Assembly: GCA_964627055.1 (NCBI GenBank) | Contig: CAZVGV010000002.1 | Span: 19,802 to 83,801, forward strand | DNA from: an uncultured Gammaproteobacteria bacterium | GTDB taxonomy: Bacteria > Patescibacteriota > Patescibacteriia > Magasanikbacterales > JBBTQS01 | Length of the DNA: 64,000 bases | Direction: 5' to 3' | Position numbers and translations under genes: made by a program | Shown here: positions 1-10,730 of the stretch, piece by piece | Layout of the letters: each line of letters opens with the position of its first letter | How positions within the stretch are numbered: position 1 is the first letter of the stretch | The notes under the pieces: model-generated | Seen by the model: only the letters and a program-made list of their open reading frames with translations | The model's database searches: none | Told to the model about the DNA's origin: nothing

Positions 1-1
1 C

Positions 2-208
2 CGGGCCGGCGACGAATTCGTCACGGCAGGTGGTGTAGTCCTGGACGAAGTGGATCCAGCAACCATGCAATCCCGACTCCAAGCTGGTCTGTACTTCGCA
101 GGTGAAGTGCTTGATGTTGACGGTGTTACAGGCGGATTCAACCTCCAAGCATCCTGGGCCACAGGAAGACTTGCCGGGGCAAGTGCTGCACATGGGCACG
201 CGCAATAG
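2..208 (+). CDS. 3' end of HI0933/YhiN-family NAD(P)/FAD-dependent flavoprotein (truncated by window edge)
   Basis: Frame 2 reads [47 protein letters not shown], the characteristic C-terminus of this family; TAG at 206-208. Confidence 0.9.
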   Translation, partial: RAGDEFVTAGGVVLDEVDPATMQSRLQAGLYFAGEVLDVDGVTGGFNLQASWATGRLAGASAAHGHAQ

Positions 209-209
209 A

Positions 210-1529
210 TTATCGACGCTCTCTCGGAGAAGTCTTTGGGGCAGCCGCCTTTGCTGCACGTAACTGTGCTTGAATTTCGGTGAAATGCTGCACGTGATTA
301 CGGATGCCGTACGCACGGGTCACGAGCTTGATTCGGTTTGGCTGCAGATTCACAAGCTCAATAGCTGCAATAACTTCTTCAGGATTGAACGTTTTTCCAT
401 CAATATCCTGAACGCCGATTTCTCGGATCACCCGATATAATGCGCTATATGTAGCAGTCGCTTCGATCTTCCTACTCCACTGCTGCGCACGATCGGGCTC
501 AACATCCACCACCACCGCGCGATCGCCCGTATCAACACTGCTACGACGATTCGGTTCATCACGACGTTGTTCTGGTGCATTGCCACGCTTCAAGAATCTA
601 CCAAACACTGCCGTGGCATCATCATTCTTTGCTCCTGGTTTTCCAGAAATGCCACACGCATGTGCGTCTTGTGCGAGTCTACGTGCAACAGATGCTGGAG
701 ATTCGTTTGTACGCTGTTGCGACTTCTGCGCAATGGTATCTTCAGTAAAGTTATCAGACACACCATCAGTCACAAGCAAGAATCCTTGCATCCCTTCAAG
801 GGATACTGTCTTGATAACCGGCGTCGTATCTAGTGACTGACCAGCCATCTCCGTTGTAACATTTCGCTGCTTATAGAGATTCCGATCTTCTTCTGACAAC
901 GTGCTCGGATCAGTGACATTACTGAACATTCGCTGCACCTCCATTGCATCATCATCTGTACGAATACGTCCCTCAGATCGCAACACGGATTGGAGCAGAC
1001 TATCATCCACGGTCTGGGGCTCTAGCGAACCATCCTCATGTTGGAGATACGCTCGACTGTCACCAATATGACCGATGACGACACACGGCGCTTCATGTGG
1101 AGGACGACATACTCGAAGTACGACGACCGTTGTGAGATTCTTCGAGAGATTTGGTGCATCCTTCTGCACCCATCCATTGACAATTGCGTCTCGATAAATA
1201 CGCGCATTTGCTTCTGCGATAGCTGTTATCACCAATCGTTCCGTCTCTTCAACTGAGATGGTTACAGGATGCTTGGCAAGCACTTCCTTGACTGCATCAC
1301 GTCCGATCTTTGCCGCTCTATCACCTCGTGGCGATGTGGACATGCCATCAAATACTGCATAACTCTCAACGTCGTTCAAACAAAAAAACGCATCTTCGTA
1401 TGGATGCTTTGTTCCTGCAGTGCTTTCTGCCCCCGCCTCTGTGTAGCCGCTTGTTTCACGTCGCTCTCGCTCCTCTGCTGTTCGCAAGAACTCTGAACCA
1501 GCTACACGACGCAATAAATTTTTGATCAT
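210..1529 (-). CDS. PP2C/PPM-family Ser/Thr protein phosphatase with extra C-terminal domain
   Basis: Motifs EDA, VFDGM, GHIGDSRAY, LLVTDGV and NDDATAV. Confidence 0.85.
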   Translation of the reverse strand: MIKNLLRRVAGSEFLRTAEERERRETSGYTEAGAESTAGTKHPYEDAFFCLNDVESYAVFDGMSTSPRGDRAAKIGRDAVKEVLAKHPVTISVEETERLVITAIAEANARIYRDAIVNGWVQKDAPNLSKNLTTVVVLRVCRPPHEAPCVVIGHIGDSRAYLQHEDGSLEPQTVDDSLLQSVLRSEGRIRTDDDAMEVQRMFSNVTDPSTLSEEDRNLYKQRNVTTEMAGQSLDTTPVIKTVSLEGMQGFLLVTDGVSDNFTEDTIAQKSQQRTNESPASVARRLAQDAHACGISGKPGAKNDDATAVFGRFLKRGNAPEQRRDEPNRRSSVDTGDRAVVVDVEPDRAQQWSRKIEATATYSALYRVIREIGVQDIDGKTFNPEEVIAAIELVNLQPNRIKLVTRAYGIRNHVQHFTEIQAQLRAAKAAAPKTSPRERR

Positions 1530-1579
1530 AGAGACCGATCAATTGTCAGCTAGTATAGCATAAGCCGCATCAGATACAC

Positions 1580-1612
1580 GAACACCGCTGCACAGTATGC
1601 ACAGCGGTGTTC
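1580..1612. terminator. Hairpin 3' of orphan gene 1622-2098
   Basis: GAACACCGCTG (1580-1590) / CAGCGGTGTTC (1602-1612) perfect 11-bp inverted repeat; weak U-tract. Confidence 0.55.
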
Positions 1613-1621
1613 AAGATGGCA

Positions 1622-2098
1622 TCAGAGGGCGTTGAACTCGAGGTACCCGTGACCCGGCGTTCTCAGCGCCGAAACGATCGAGACGGGACGGATGATCTCC
1701 GTGCCTTGGTAGATGAGCGAGACTGCGTTGATCTGGACATCTTCGCCGTAGTTGTACGCTGCGGCGAATGTGGCCGCGGTGATCACGCCTTGCTGCACAC
1801 CTGAGTTGACCATGACCAGCGCCTCAAGCGGCGAGAGCACGACCCTACGGACGTTCTCGAGCGTATGGTACAGACTCACGTGCGGTATGAACAGATGCGT
1901 CGTCACGTCCTGAACGAAGTCGGGGTCCGTGACCGAGGTGTGTGCAGGTCGGCGCTCCCAACGGTGTCCACTCAGATCGGTGAGGAACAGCCGCCATCCT
2001 ACATGTACACCATCACGTACATCCTGAACCCGCTCGCCCTTGCACCCCAGGATCTCCCACCAGTTCTCATTGATCCACAACATGCGATTGCTCGCCAT
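1622..2098 (-). CDS. Orphan hypothetical protein (SD-led, GC-richer class)
   Basis: ATG at 2098 preceded by GGAGGTG; C/G-ending codons; no family recognised. Confidence 0.65.
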   Translation of the reverse strand: MASNRMLWINENWWEILGCKGERVQDVRDGVHVGWRLFLTDLSGHRWERRPAHTSVTDPDFVQDVTTHLFIPHVSLYHTLENVRRVVLSPLEALVMVNSGVQQGVITAATFAAAYNYGEDVQINAVSLIYQGTEIIRPVSIVSALRTPGHGYLEFNAL

Positions 2099-2147
2099 GA
2101 TGTCACCTCCGAAGTCAATCTGCAACGCGTTATGCGTGCAGGGAATG

Positions 2148-2176
2148 ATCCTACACGCGTTTTGCAAAGATGTCAA
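2148..2176 (-). promoter_or_regulatory. sigma70-type promoter TTGACA-N17-TAGGAT
   Basis: -35 at 2176-2171, -10 at 2153-2148, 17-bp spacer, immediately after the upstream stop codon. Confidence 0.7.
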
Positions 2177-2602
2177 TTACACGGACAACAAGTACGCAGT
2201 GATCATGATGGCCACGAGCTGGTACGAGGTCATAACAAATATCTGCTTGATCCAATAGACGCGCTTGGTATTACCCCAGACCACCGAGGCAATCTGTGTT
2301 GGAGCAATAAATCCAAGCCATACCCAGCCCGCTACTCCGTACGCATGGAACCCTACTTGCGCCATCATGAGATACTTAACAAACATGGCCAACACAAACG
2401 TAGATAACAATGTGATGAGCAATTGCACGCCATAAAATGGCGCCATATCCTTTTGCATCTTCTGCAGTGCCTCCTTGGAGAGATGTGTAACTTCCATGAT
2501 TTGCATCCACCACTTACCGAAGAGCAGCGGTGAATACCAAAGCGCACCCAAAACAAACTGTGCGAGAGCAGCAAGCACAATCATGGCGTAGTTCAATTCC
2601 AT
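2177..2602 (-). CDS. DUF1761-family membrane protein
   Basis: N-terminal LAALAQFVLGALWYSPLLFGKWW signature; four hydrophobic segments. Confidence 0.8.
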   Translation of the reverse strand: MELNYAMIVLAALAQFVLGALWYSPLLFGKWWMQIMEVTHLSKEALQKMQKDMAPFYGVQLLITLLSTFVLAMFVKYLMMAQVGFHAYGVAGWVWLGFIAPTQIASVVWGNTKRVYWIKQIFVMTSYQLVAIMITAYLLSV

Positions 2603-2621
2603 AGGATGATAAAAAAATGGG

Positions 2622-2708
2622 CGGAGGATGCGAGATTCGAACTCGCGATGACCTTTCGGTCAAACCAACTTTCCAGGCTGGCGCCATAGACCACTAGGCG
2701 AATCCTCC
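2622..2708 (-). tRNA. tRNA-Ser(GGA)
   Basis: Reverse complement GGAGGATTCGCCTAGTGG...CTGGAAA anticodon loop, long variable arm, GTTCGAATC T-loop, acceptor stem GGAGGAT/ATCCTCC. Confidence 0.95.
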
Positions 2709-2714
2709 AGCGTT

Positions 2715-3491
2715 TTATGATTTTGTAGCTTCTTTCTTATACCAGAAGATCATGACGAAGACAAGTGCGGCAATACACCCATATTGCGCCGGTGTAAATC
2801 CGCCATATCGTACATCTGCTCCTGGCACATCAGTAGCCCGCAAAAAATCCAGGAAGAACCTCGCCACAGCGTACAGTGCCACCACCACGAGCATGTGACG
2901 TCCACGCAGCCAACCACGCCAGCGCAACACGAGCACCACCACAGCGATCCCAGCTGCAACGATGGCATCGTAAAGACCAAGATCATGTCTTCCCCACCCT
3001 GCCTCACCCCATGCGCCAGGCTCACGCACGGCAAGCGCAAAATGCGTTAGTGTCCCTGGATGGTCATGAATCAAGAAGCATCCTATACGCCCAACCATCC
3101 AGCCCACCGGCAGTGCGAGCGCTCCAGCTTCTGCAAATGCATGCACGTCCACCTTCGCTCGACGCAACCTCCACACCCCGTACCCTGCTGCCGCGACAAA
3201 TCCACCCAACGACGACATACCGCCGTGCCACACACGCAATACCTCTACCGGATCAACAAGATACGTACCAGGTTCGTAAAAAAAGACATGACCAAGTCGC
3301 GCACCCAAGAATCCCGCCACAATAATTGCAATTGCGTGGTCGACCCAATGTGCCGCACCTTTGCCAGCGCGTGTTGCTTGCACATGCATGAGTCCCAATG
3401 CCACAAGAACCCCTAAGGCCACGAACATCCCCCACACGTGTAGCGTTACTGGCCCAAGAGATACACTATACCATGCGAAGTATGGAATCAT
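2715..3491 (-). CDS. lgt: Prolipoprotein diacylglyceryl transferase
   Basis: GARLGHV, WHGGMSSLGG, GRIGCF and RFFLDFLR motifs; multi-TM. Confidence 0.9.
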   Translation of the reverse strand: MIPYFAWYSVSLGPVTLHVWGMFVALGVLVALGLMHVQATRAGKGAAHWVDHAIAIIVAGFLGARLGHVFFYEPGTYLVDPVEVLRVWHGGMSSLGGFVAAAGYGVWRLRRAKVDVHAFAEAGALALPVGWMVGRIGCFLIHDHPGTLTHFALAVREPGAWGEAGWGRHDLGLYDAIVAAGIAVVVLVLRWRGWLRGRHMLVVVALYAVARFFLDFLRATDVPGADVRYGGFTPAQYGCIAALVFVMIFWYKKEATKS

Positions 3492-4876
3492 ACACGTGGA
3501 GTTTTCTTTTTCTTCGGTTGTTTGCCAACAATTGCCATAATGGCATCGATACTATCAACAACAGTGATCAACTTCAGATCCGCAGGCGAAATTGTATGAT
3601 ACGTATCTGCAAGTGACTCGCGCAAAAACTGCACCATCGGTCCCCAGTACTTCGTATCAAAGAGCACAATAGGAACACGCGCCATCTTGTTATTCTGCTG
3701 GAGCGTAAGCAACTCAAAAAGTTCATGGAGCGTACCCAGAGATCCTGGGAAGAATACAAAGGCTTGGCTTGGCGCAGTGAGAATAACCTTGCGCGTGAAT
3801 GGAAATTCGAATGAGACGCTCTTGTGAATGTACTGATTCACCTGCTCCTCTCCATTGAACTTCATGGTGATGCCAACCGGCTCCCCTCCCACATCACGAA
3901 CCCCCTTACTCACCGCTTCCATGACGCCCGCGCCACCGCTGCTCACCACCGTGAACTTCTTACGAGCGAGCTCTCTTCCCAGATGGTACGCAGCCTCGTA
4001 ATAAGGCGAAGCAGTAGACACATGACGGCTCCCAAGAACGGTGATGTCGTTCTTGATCGTCGTCAGGAATTCGAATCCGTCAACCAGTTCTGCCATGATA
4101 CGGAAAATACGCCAATTGATATTGCTCCCACAATCAAACAGATTGTGGGACAGCTCGCACAGTGGAGCTGTTTCGGCCTGCGCATTAATAATTGCTATTG
4201 CTTCCTTCGGTGTATCTACAACCTGTAGCTGCGCGAGCACTTTGCTACTGATTGCTTTGATCTTGCCCTTTGCTTGATCGTGCAAAAACCGAACAATAGG
4301 ATCCCAGTACTCATGCCCAAAAAGAATGATTGGAGCTGTCGGCATCTTACCGATACTCATGTTGTCGTACGCCTCAAAGAGTTCATCAAGTGTACCGAAC
4401 CCTCCCGGAAAATACACAAACGCTCTCGATGGCGCCGTGAGCATTACCTTCCGCGTAAAGAAATAATGAAAGGCGGTCGACTTCTGCACGAACTGATTGA
4501 TCTTTTGCTCGTGAGGCAACTCAATATTGAGTCCCACAGACTCACCGCGTGCTTCCTTTGCACCTCGATTGGCGGCCTCCATGATACCTGGCCCGCCACC
4601 TGTCACCGTTACATATTTATTCTTCGCCAGGAGCCTCCCAAGCTCGCGCGCCTCGCGATACCAGCGCTGATGCGGATCGTGCAATCGCGCAGAACCAAGT
4701 ACAGTCACGGCACGATCAAATGAATTGAGGAACTGATACCCCTCGATGAACTCTGACATGATACGAAAAATCCGCCAGGTGTCACGATACTGCGAAAATG
4801 GATGTTGATACGCAAAAGACAGTGCATCTTGCGGCGGCGGAAGTGGCGGGAGTGAAGGAGCTGACTTGCGAGGCAT
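3488..4876 (-). CDS. LOG/TIGR00730-family Rossmann-fold protein with two tandem domains
   Basis: TGGGPGIMEAANRGA, RKVML and PGGFGTLDE in domain 1; SSGGAGVMEA, RKVIL and PGSLGTLHE in domain 2. Confidence 0.9.
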   Translation of the reverse strand: MPRKSAPSLPPLPPPQDALSFAYQHPFSQYRDTWRIFRIMSEFIEGYQFLNSFDRAVTVLGSARLHDPHQRWYREARELGRLLAKNKYVTVTGGGPGIMEAANRGAKEARGESVGLNIELPHEQKINQFVQKSTAFHYFFTRKVMLTAPSRAFVYFPGGFGTLDELFEAYDNMSIGKMPTAPIILFGHEYWDPIVRFLHDQAKGKIKAISSKVLAQLQVVDTPKEAIAIINAQAETAPLCELSHNLFDCGSNINWRIFRIMAELVDGFEFLTTIKNDITVLGSRHVSTASPYYEAAYHLGRELARKKFTVVSSGGAGVMEAVSKGVRDVGGEPVGITMKFNGEEQVNQYIHKSVSFEFPFTRKVILTAPSQAFVFFPGSLGTLHELFELLTLQQNNKMARVPIVLFDTKYWGPMVQFLRESLADTYHTISPADLKLITVVDSIDAIMAIVGKQPKKKKTPRV

Positions 4877-4882
4877 AGAACG

Positions 4883-6325
4883 TTATTCGAGGTTCGGCGT
4901 ACGCGTGTGCCAATCAGTCGCACGCTGATACTGATGCCCGAATTGCAATACGCGCGACTCAGCCATGCGTGGTCCAATAATCTGCATCCCAATGGGCAAC
5001 CCATCACGATCGAACCCACACGGTACCGACAACCCAGGCACACCGGCAATCGATGCTGGTGATACGAATGCATCGGTAAGATACATCGCAAGTGGGTCAT
5101 TGCTCTTCTCGCCAATCTTGAATGCAGTCGTTGCTGAAGTTGGTGTGAGCAACACATCGACGCTTTCCCATGCACGCGTGAAATCCTCGATAATACGTGT
5201 ACGAACTTGCAACGCCTTATGGTAGTACGCGTCGTAATACCCAGCCGAAAGCGCGTGCGTACCAATCATGACACGGCGCTTCACTTCATCAGGGAATCCT
5301 GCGGTACGCGCACTGTTGTACATTTCAAGCAGATCTCCCTTGCCACGAACGCCATAGCGCATACCATCCATGCGAGCAAGGTTGCTGCTGTCTTCACACG
5401 GAACGAGAATATAATACGCTGCGATTGCATACTTGGTGTGCGGCATCGAGACTTCGTGCACGGTGCATCCTAGCGAGGTATACACCTTGATTGCCTCTTC
5501 AACAGCCTTCGCAACATCTGGCGCAATACCATCGCCAAAATATTCCTTGGGGATTCCAATACGCATCCCAGTCACACCTTGTTCAATTTCTTGTGTGTAT
5601 TTCGGTACGACATCCGGTACAGTTGTAGCATCATGTGCGTCGATACCAGCCATGGTTTCCATCACAATTGCAACATCCTCCACCGTTCGAGCCATCGGCC
5701 CTACCACATCAAGCGACGATGCCATCGGCATGATACCGTAGCGAGAATTACGGCCATAGCTTGGCCTGAACCCGACCACACCTGTAAGCGCTGCCGGATA
5801 TCTGATAGACCCTCCTGTATCTTCAGCAATCGCATACACGCACATATCTGCCGCCACTGCTGCCGAACTGCCACCAGAACTCCCTCCTGGCACACGTGTC
5901 ACGTCCCAAGGGTTTTTCGAAACACCATAGTGCGAATTCTCCGTGCTCGATCCATGGCCGAATCCATCACAGTTGTGCTTGCCTACAATCACGCCATGCT
6001 CTGCACGCAATCGACCAACGACCGTTGCATCAAACGGTGGAACATACGTGTCGAGAATATGTGCCGATGCTGTGCTGCGGATACCTTTTGTGCAAATTGC
6101 ATCCTTCACACCAAACGGAACACCCGTGAGCGTCGTTGCCTCACCACGCGCGATCACCTCGTCGGCATCTCGCGCCATAGCGAGTGCTGCCTCTTCATCA
6201 AGCGAGACATTCGCATTCAACACCGTATTCAATTTCTGATTACGCGTAAGATACTCTGTCGTGAGTTCCACCGCAGAGCATTCCTTTGCCGCAAGCATGT
6301 TAGCAACCTGTCGAATCGTTCGCAT
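4883..6325 (-). CDS. gatA: Asp-tRNA(Asn)/Glu-tRNA(Gln) amidotransferase subunit A
   Basis: Amidase signature GVKD, PGGSSGGS, DTGGSIR; SSNLARMDG; RRVMIGTHALSAGYYDAYY. Confidence 0.97.
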   Translation of the reverse strand: MRTIRQVANMLAAKECSAVELTTEYLTRNQKLNTVLNANVSLDEEAALAMARDADEVIARGEATTLTGVPFGVKDAICTKGIRSTASAHILDTYVPPFDATVVGRLRAEHGVIVGKHNCDGFGHGSSTENSHYGVSKNPWDVTRVPGGSSGGSSAAVAADMCVYAIAEDTGGSIRYPAALTGVVGFRPSYGRNSRYGIMPMASSLDVVGPMARTVEDVAIVMETMAGIDAHDATTVPDVVPKYTQEIEQGVTGMRIGIPKEYFGDGIAPDVAKAVEEAIKVYTSLGCTVHEVSMPHTKYAIAAYYILVPCEDSSNLARMDGMRYGVRGKGDLLEMYNSARTAGFPDEVKRRVMIGTHALSAGYYDAYYHKALQVRTRIIEDFTRAWESVDVLLTPTSATTAFKIGEKSNDPLAMYLTDAFVSPASIAGVPGLSVPCGFDRDGLPIGMQIIGPRMAESRVLQFGHQYQRATDWHTRTPNLE

Positions 6326-6327
6326 AC

Positions 6328-6618
6328 CTAGAGTACTGGAGGAACTACCAACGCATCTCCTACTCGCTCGGGAAATTGGCTCAAAATTGCCTCACGTGTC
6401 TGTGCATCTGTCTCGTTGACACGATCAGAACGCAACACATTGGTGAGACCTGTTACTTGTGCTGTTGCTGGGATATCCTTGATATCCACCTCGTTGAGCA
6501 TTTCCATGTACGCAAAAACACTCGCAAGCTGCTCACGGTACTTCTCAACCTCAGCGTCCGTAAGAGACAAGCGGGCCAGTTGCGCCACCTTTCGAATGTA
6601 GTCAGGAGTCAATTCCAT
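6328..6618 (-). CDS. gatC: Amidotransferase subunit C
   Basis: KVAQLARL...TNVLRSD...VPPVL; directly upstream of gatA; start taken at ATG 6618. Confidence 0.93.
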   Translation of the reverse strand: MELTPDYIRKVAQLARLSLTDAEVEKYREQLASVFAYMEMLNEVDIKDIPATAQVTGLTNVLRSDRVNETDAQTREAILSQFPERVGDALVVPPVL

Positions 6619-6657
6619 GGAACCAGTGTAACACAGGAAGTACCGGGACAAAAGAGC

Positions 6658-8679
<2,022 letters not shown>

Positions 8680-8695
8680 TCAATGTACTCGCACC

Positions 8696-9154
8696 TCACT
8701 GCACCGTTCCTGCTGGTGTGATCGTTACCATTCCAGAAATGCCATTTACCTCACCTTCAAGCTCTGCCCGGACCGTATAGGATGTATACGGCTCCTTCGA
8801 TTCATACTGATACTCGCGTGTGCCGCTTGGTGCAACTGGAATCCGTATCTTAAGATCCTGGTCATTGCATTGACTCGCCTCCTTTGCAAACCCATCTTCA
8901 CCATCATCACAAAGATACAACGCCTCGCCTGACCCAATCGTACGTGGAGTATCTGCGTGTGGGTATTCTTTCTTCTTATTGAAGTACAGCTCAAGTCCCG
9001 CATGGATAATCTGCAAATCTGCCAGTCGCGCCTTGTCCCGCGATGTCTCGCGTGCCATACCGAGAGCGACTACCGCAAGGGTGCTAAGCACGCCAATAAT
9101 TGCAACCACAACGAGTAACTCAATAAGCGTAAATCCAAGCTGTTTGCGTTGCAT
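8696..9154 (-). CDS. Type IV pilin / GspG-like prepilin
   Basis: G|FTLIELLVVVAIIGVL N-methylation motif; RDKARLADL. Confidence 0.9.
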   Translation of the reverse strand: MQRKQLGFTLIELLVVVAIIGVLSTLAVVALGMARETSRDKARLADLQIIHAGLELYFNKKKEYPHADTPRTIGSGEALYLCDDGEDGFAKEASQCNDQDLKIRIPVAPSGTREYQYESKEPYTSYTVRAELEGEVNGISGMVTITPAGTVQ

Positions 9155-9159
9155 AAAAA

Positions 9160-9564
9160 TCAGGATAGATATTTGCGTAAAAACGTAACAACACCATCAG
9201 GTGTATATTGTGATGTTATCAATACTGCATCAGCACCTGCAGCAGTAAGCTCACGCACATCTGCAGGTGAAGCGCTCGGTGTGGTAACCACTACCTGTGC
9301 ACCCTGCGACGTAATCTGTGGAATGAGTGACACAACATTCAAACTCATATCCACCAGTACCAACCGATACTGGCGACGTGCCATCTGCTCCTGCATGCGA
9401 CGTGCTGTGAGCACCGTATCCACAGTAACCGCATGTGCTTCAGCAAGTCTTCGCTTAAGAATAGACGCGAGCATTTGATCTGGTTCTACGAGCAATACGC
9501 GTCGCGTTGCTGGTGGCTCGACTGGGGCTGAAGTCGTTGGTTTTGGTCGTGGGTGACGGGGCAT
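9160..9564 (-). CDS. Atypical single-domain response-regulator receiver-like protein
   Basis: VLLVEPD...LVLVDM...VVVTT...GADAVL pattern; conserved Lys absent. Confidence 0.65.
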   Translation of the reverse strand: MPRHPRPKPTTSAPVEPPATRRVLLVEPDQMLASILKRRLAEAHAVTVDTVLTARRMQEQMARRQYRLVLVDMSLNVVSLIPQITSQGAQVVVTTPSASPADVRELTAAGADAVLITSQYTPDGVVTFLRKYLS

Positions 9565-9571
9565 ACCCCTA

Positions 9572-10672
9572 TTACAGCGCAAGCCGAAGCGCAAGTCCAG
9601 TTGCCACGCTCATACGTGGCCCAATGGAATCAAGCACTGGCTTGAGTGCTGATGGGGTCAGTACTCGCGCCCATGGATCACCAATCGACGTCTTGATGGA
9701 AAAATGATCTTCAAGCATTTCGCTCAATTGTGCAACACCACAAGAACCACCTGTGAGTATAATGCGCTCAGGTTTTGCGTTCTCCCGCTGTACCTGCTCT
9801 GAGAAAAGCAAGAATCCGTACTGCATTTCCTTTACAATGGGTTGCAACGTTCGCTCCAGCATTTCACGCATGACTCGCTGTGTTTCTGGAGACGAAGACC
9901 GACTCAGATCTTTCTTGACCTGCTCTGCGTCCTCTTGCGAAAGTGATAACGTATCCTGAATGAGTGTAGTGATCGTGAGACCGCCAATCTCGATGCTTCG
10001 CTGCGTACGCGGAATACCTCGCTCCACCATGAAGAAATTCGTTCGCTTCGAACCCATGTCTACAATCATTGTCGTTGCAGGATCCGTACCAACAAGTGAC
10101 CGGATCAAACCAAAAGCTTCGGTTTCAAGACTCTCCAATGAGATCTGCGCTTGATAAAAGATCTTGCTATACCGCTCAACAATAGATTTCAATGTAGCAA
10201 TCACCAACACTTCACGCGTCTTCGACTTTCGAGCCGATGTATTGTCCCCAGACATGTCTGCGATGCGCTCGTCCATAAGACGTGTATCGAGCACAATATC
10301 CTTTGGATCGTACTGCAGTAATTTTGTTGCCTGTGCTTGCGCTGCTGCGCGCATCGATTCAGGATCAGACTCTGGCACACGCACCACAACACTGAAAACC
10401 TGCGAAACTGGCAAGGACGCGCTGGCTATTGTTGCACGTGCTCCACAGGCGTCATACACCTTGCGCAATCGCTGTGCATACAGTGCAACGGCACGTGCCT
10501 CCTCTTCTGCTGACCCAGCACGCTGATGCACCGACGCATCAAAAACATCCCCAATACCATACGTCGCAAGACGCGGACGTGTCCCGGATTTCGACAGTTC
10601 CACCATCTTTACTCCACGAGCACCGATATCCACACCGAGAACATTGGTATTTGTTTTGGCAAAAAGTCCCAT
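9572..10672 (-). CDS. pilM: Type IV pilus assembly protein PilM (actin-like ATPase)
   Basis: LGVDIG, IVDMG, IILTGG and VATGLALR motifs; start at ATG 10672 after TGGTATACT. Confidence 0.9.
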   Translation of the reverse strand: MGLFAKTNTNVLGVDIGARGVKMVELSKSGTRPRLATYGIGDVFDASVHQRAGSAEEEARAVALYAQRLRKVYDACGARATIASASLPVSQVFSVVVRVPESDPESMRAAAQAQATKLLQYDPKDIVLDTRLMDERIADMSGDNTSARKSKTREVLVIATLKSIVERYSKIFYQAQISLESLETEAFGLIRSLVGTDPATTMIVDMGSKRTNFFMVERGIPRTQRSIEIGGLTITTLIQDTLSLSQEDAEQVKKDLSRSSSPETQRVMREMLERTLQPIVKEMQYGFLLFSEQVQRENAKPERIILTGGSCGVAQLSEMLEDHFSIKTSIGDPWARVLTPSALKPVLDSIGPRMSVATGLALRLAL

Positions 10673-10730
10673 ACGGGAGAGAGTATACCACACGTTGCCC
10701 ATGCTGTGCGAGGATGCTAGGATGGCACAT

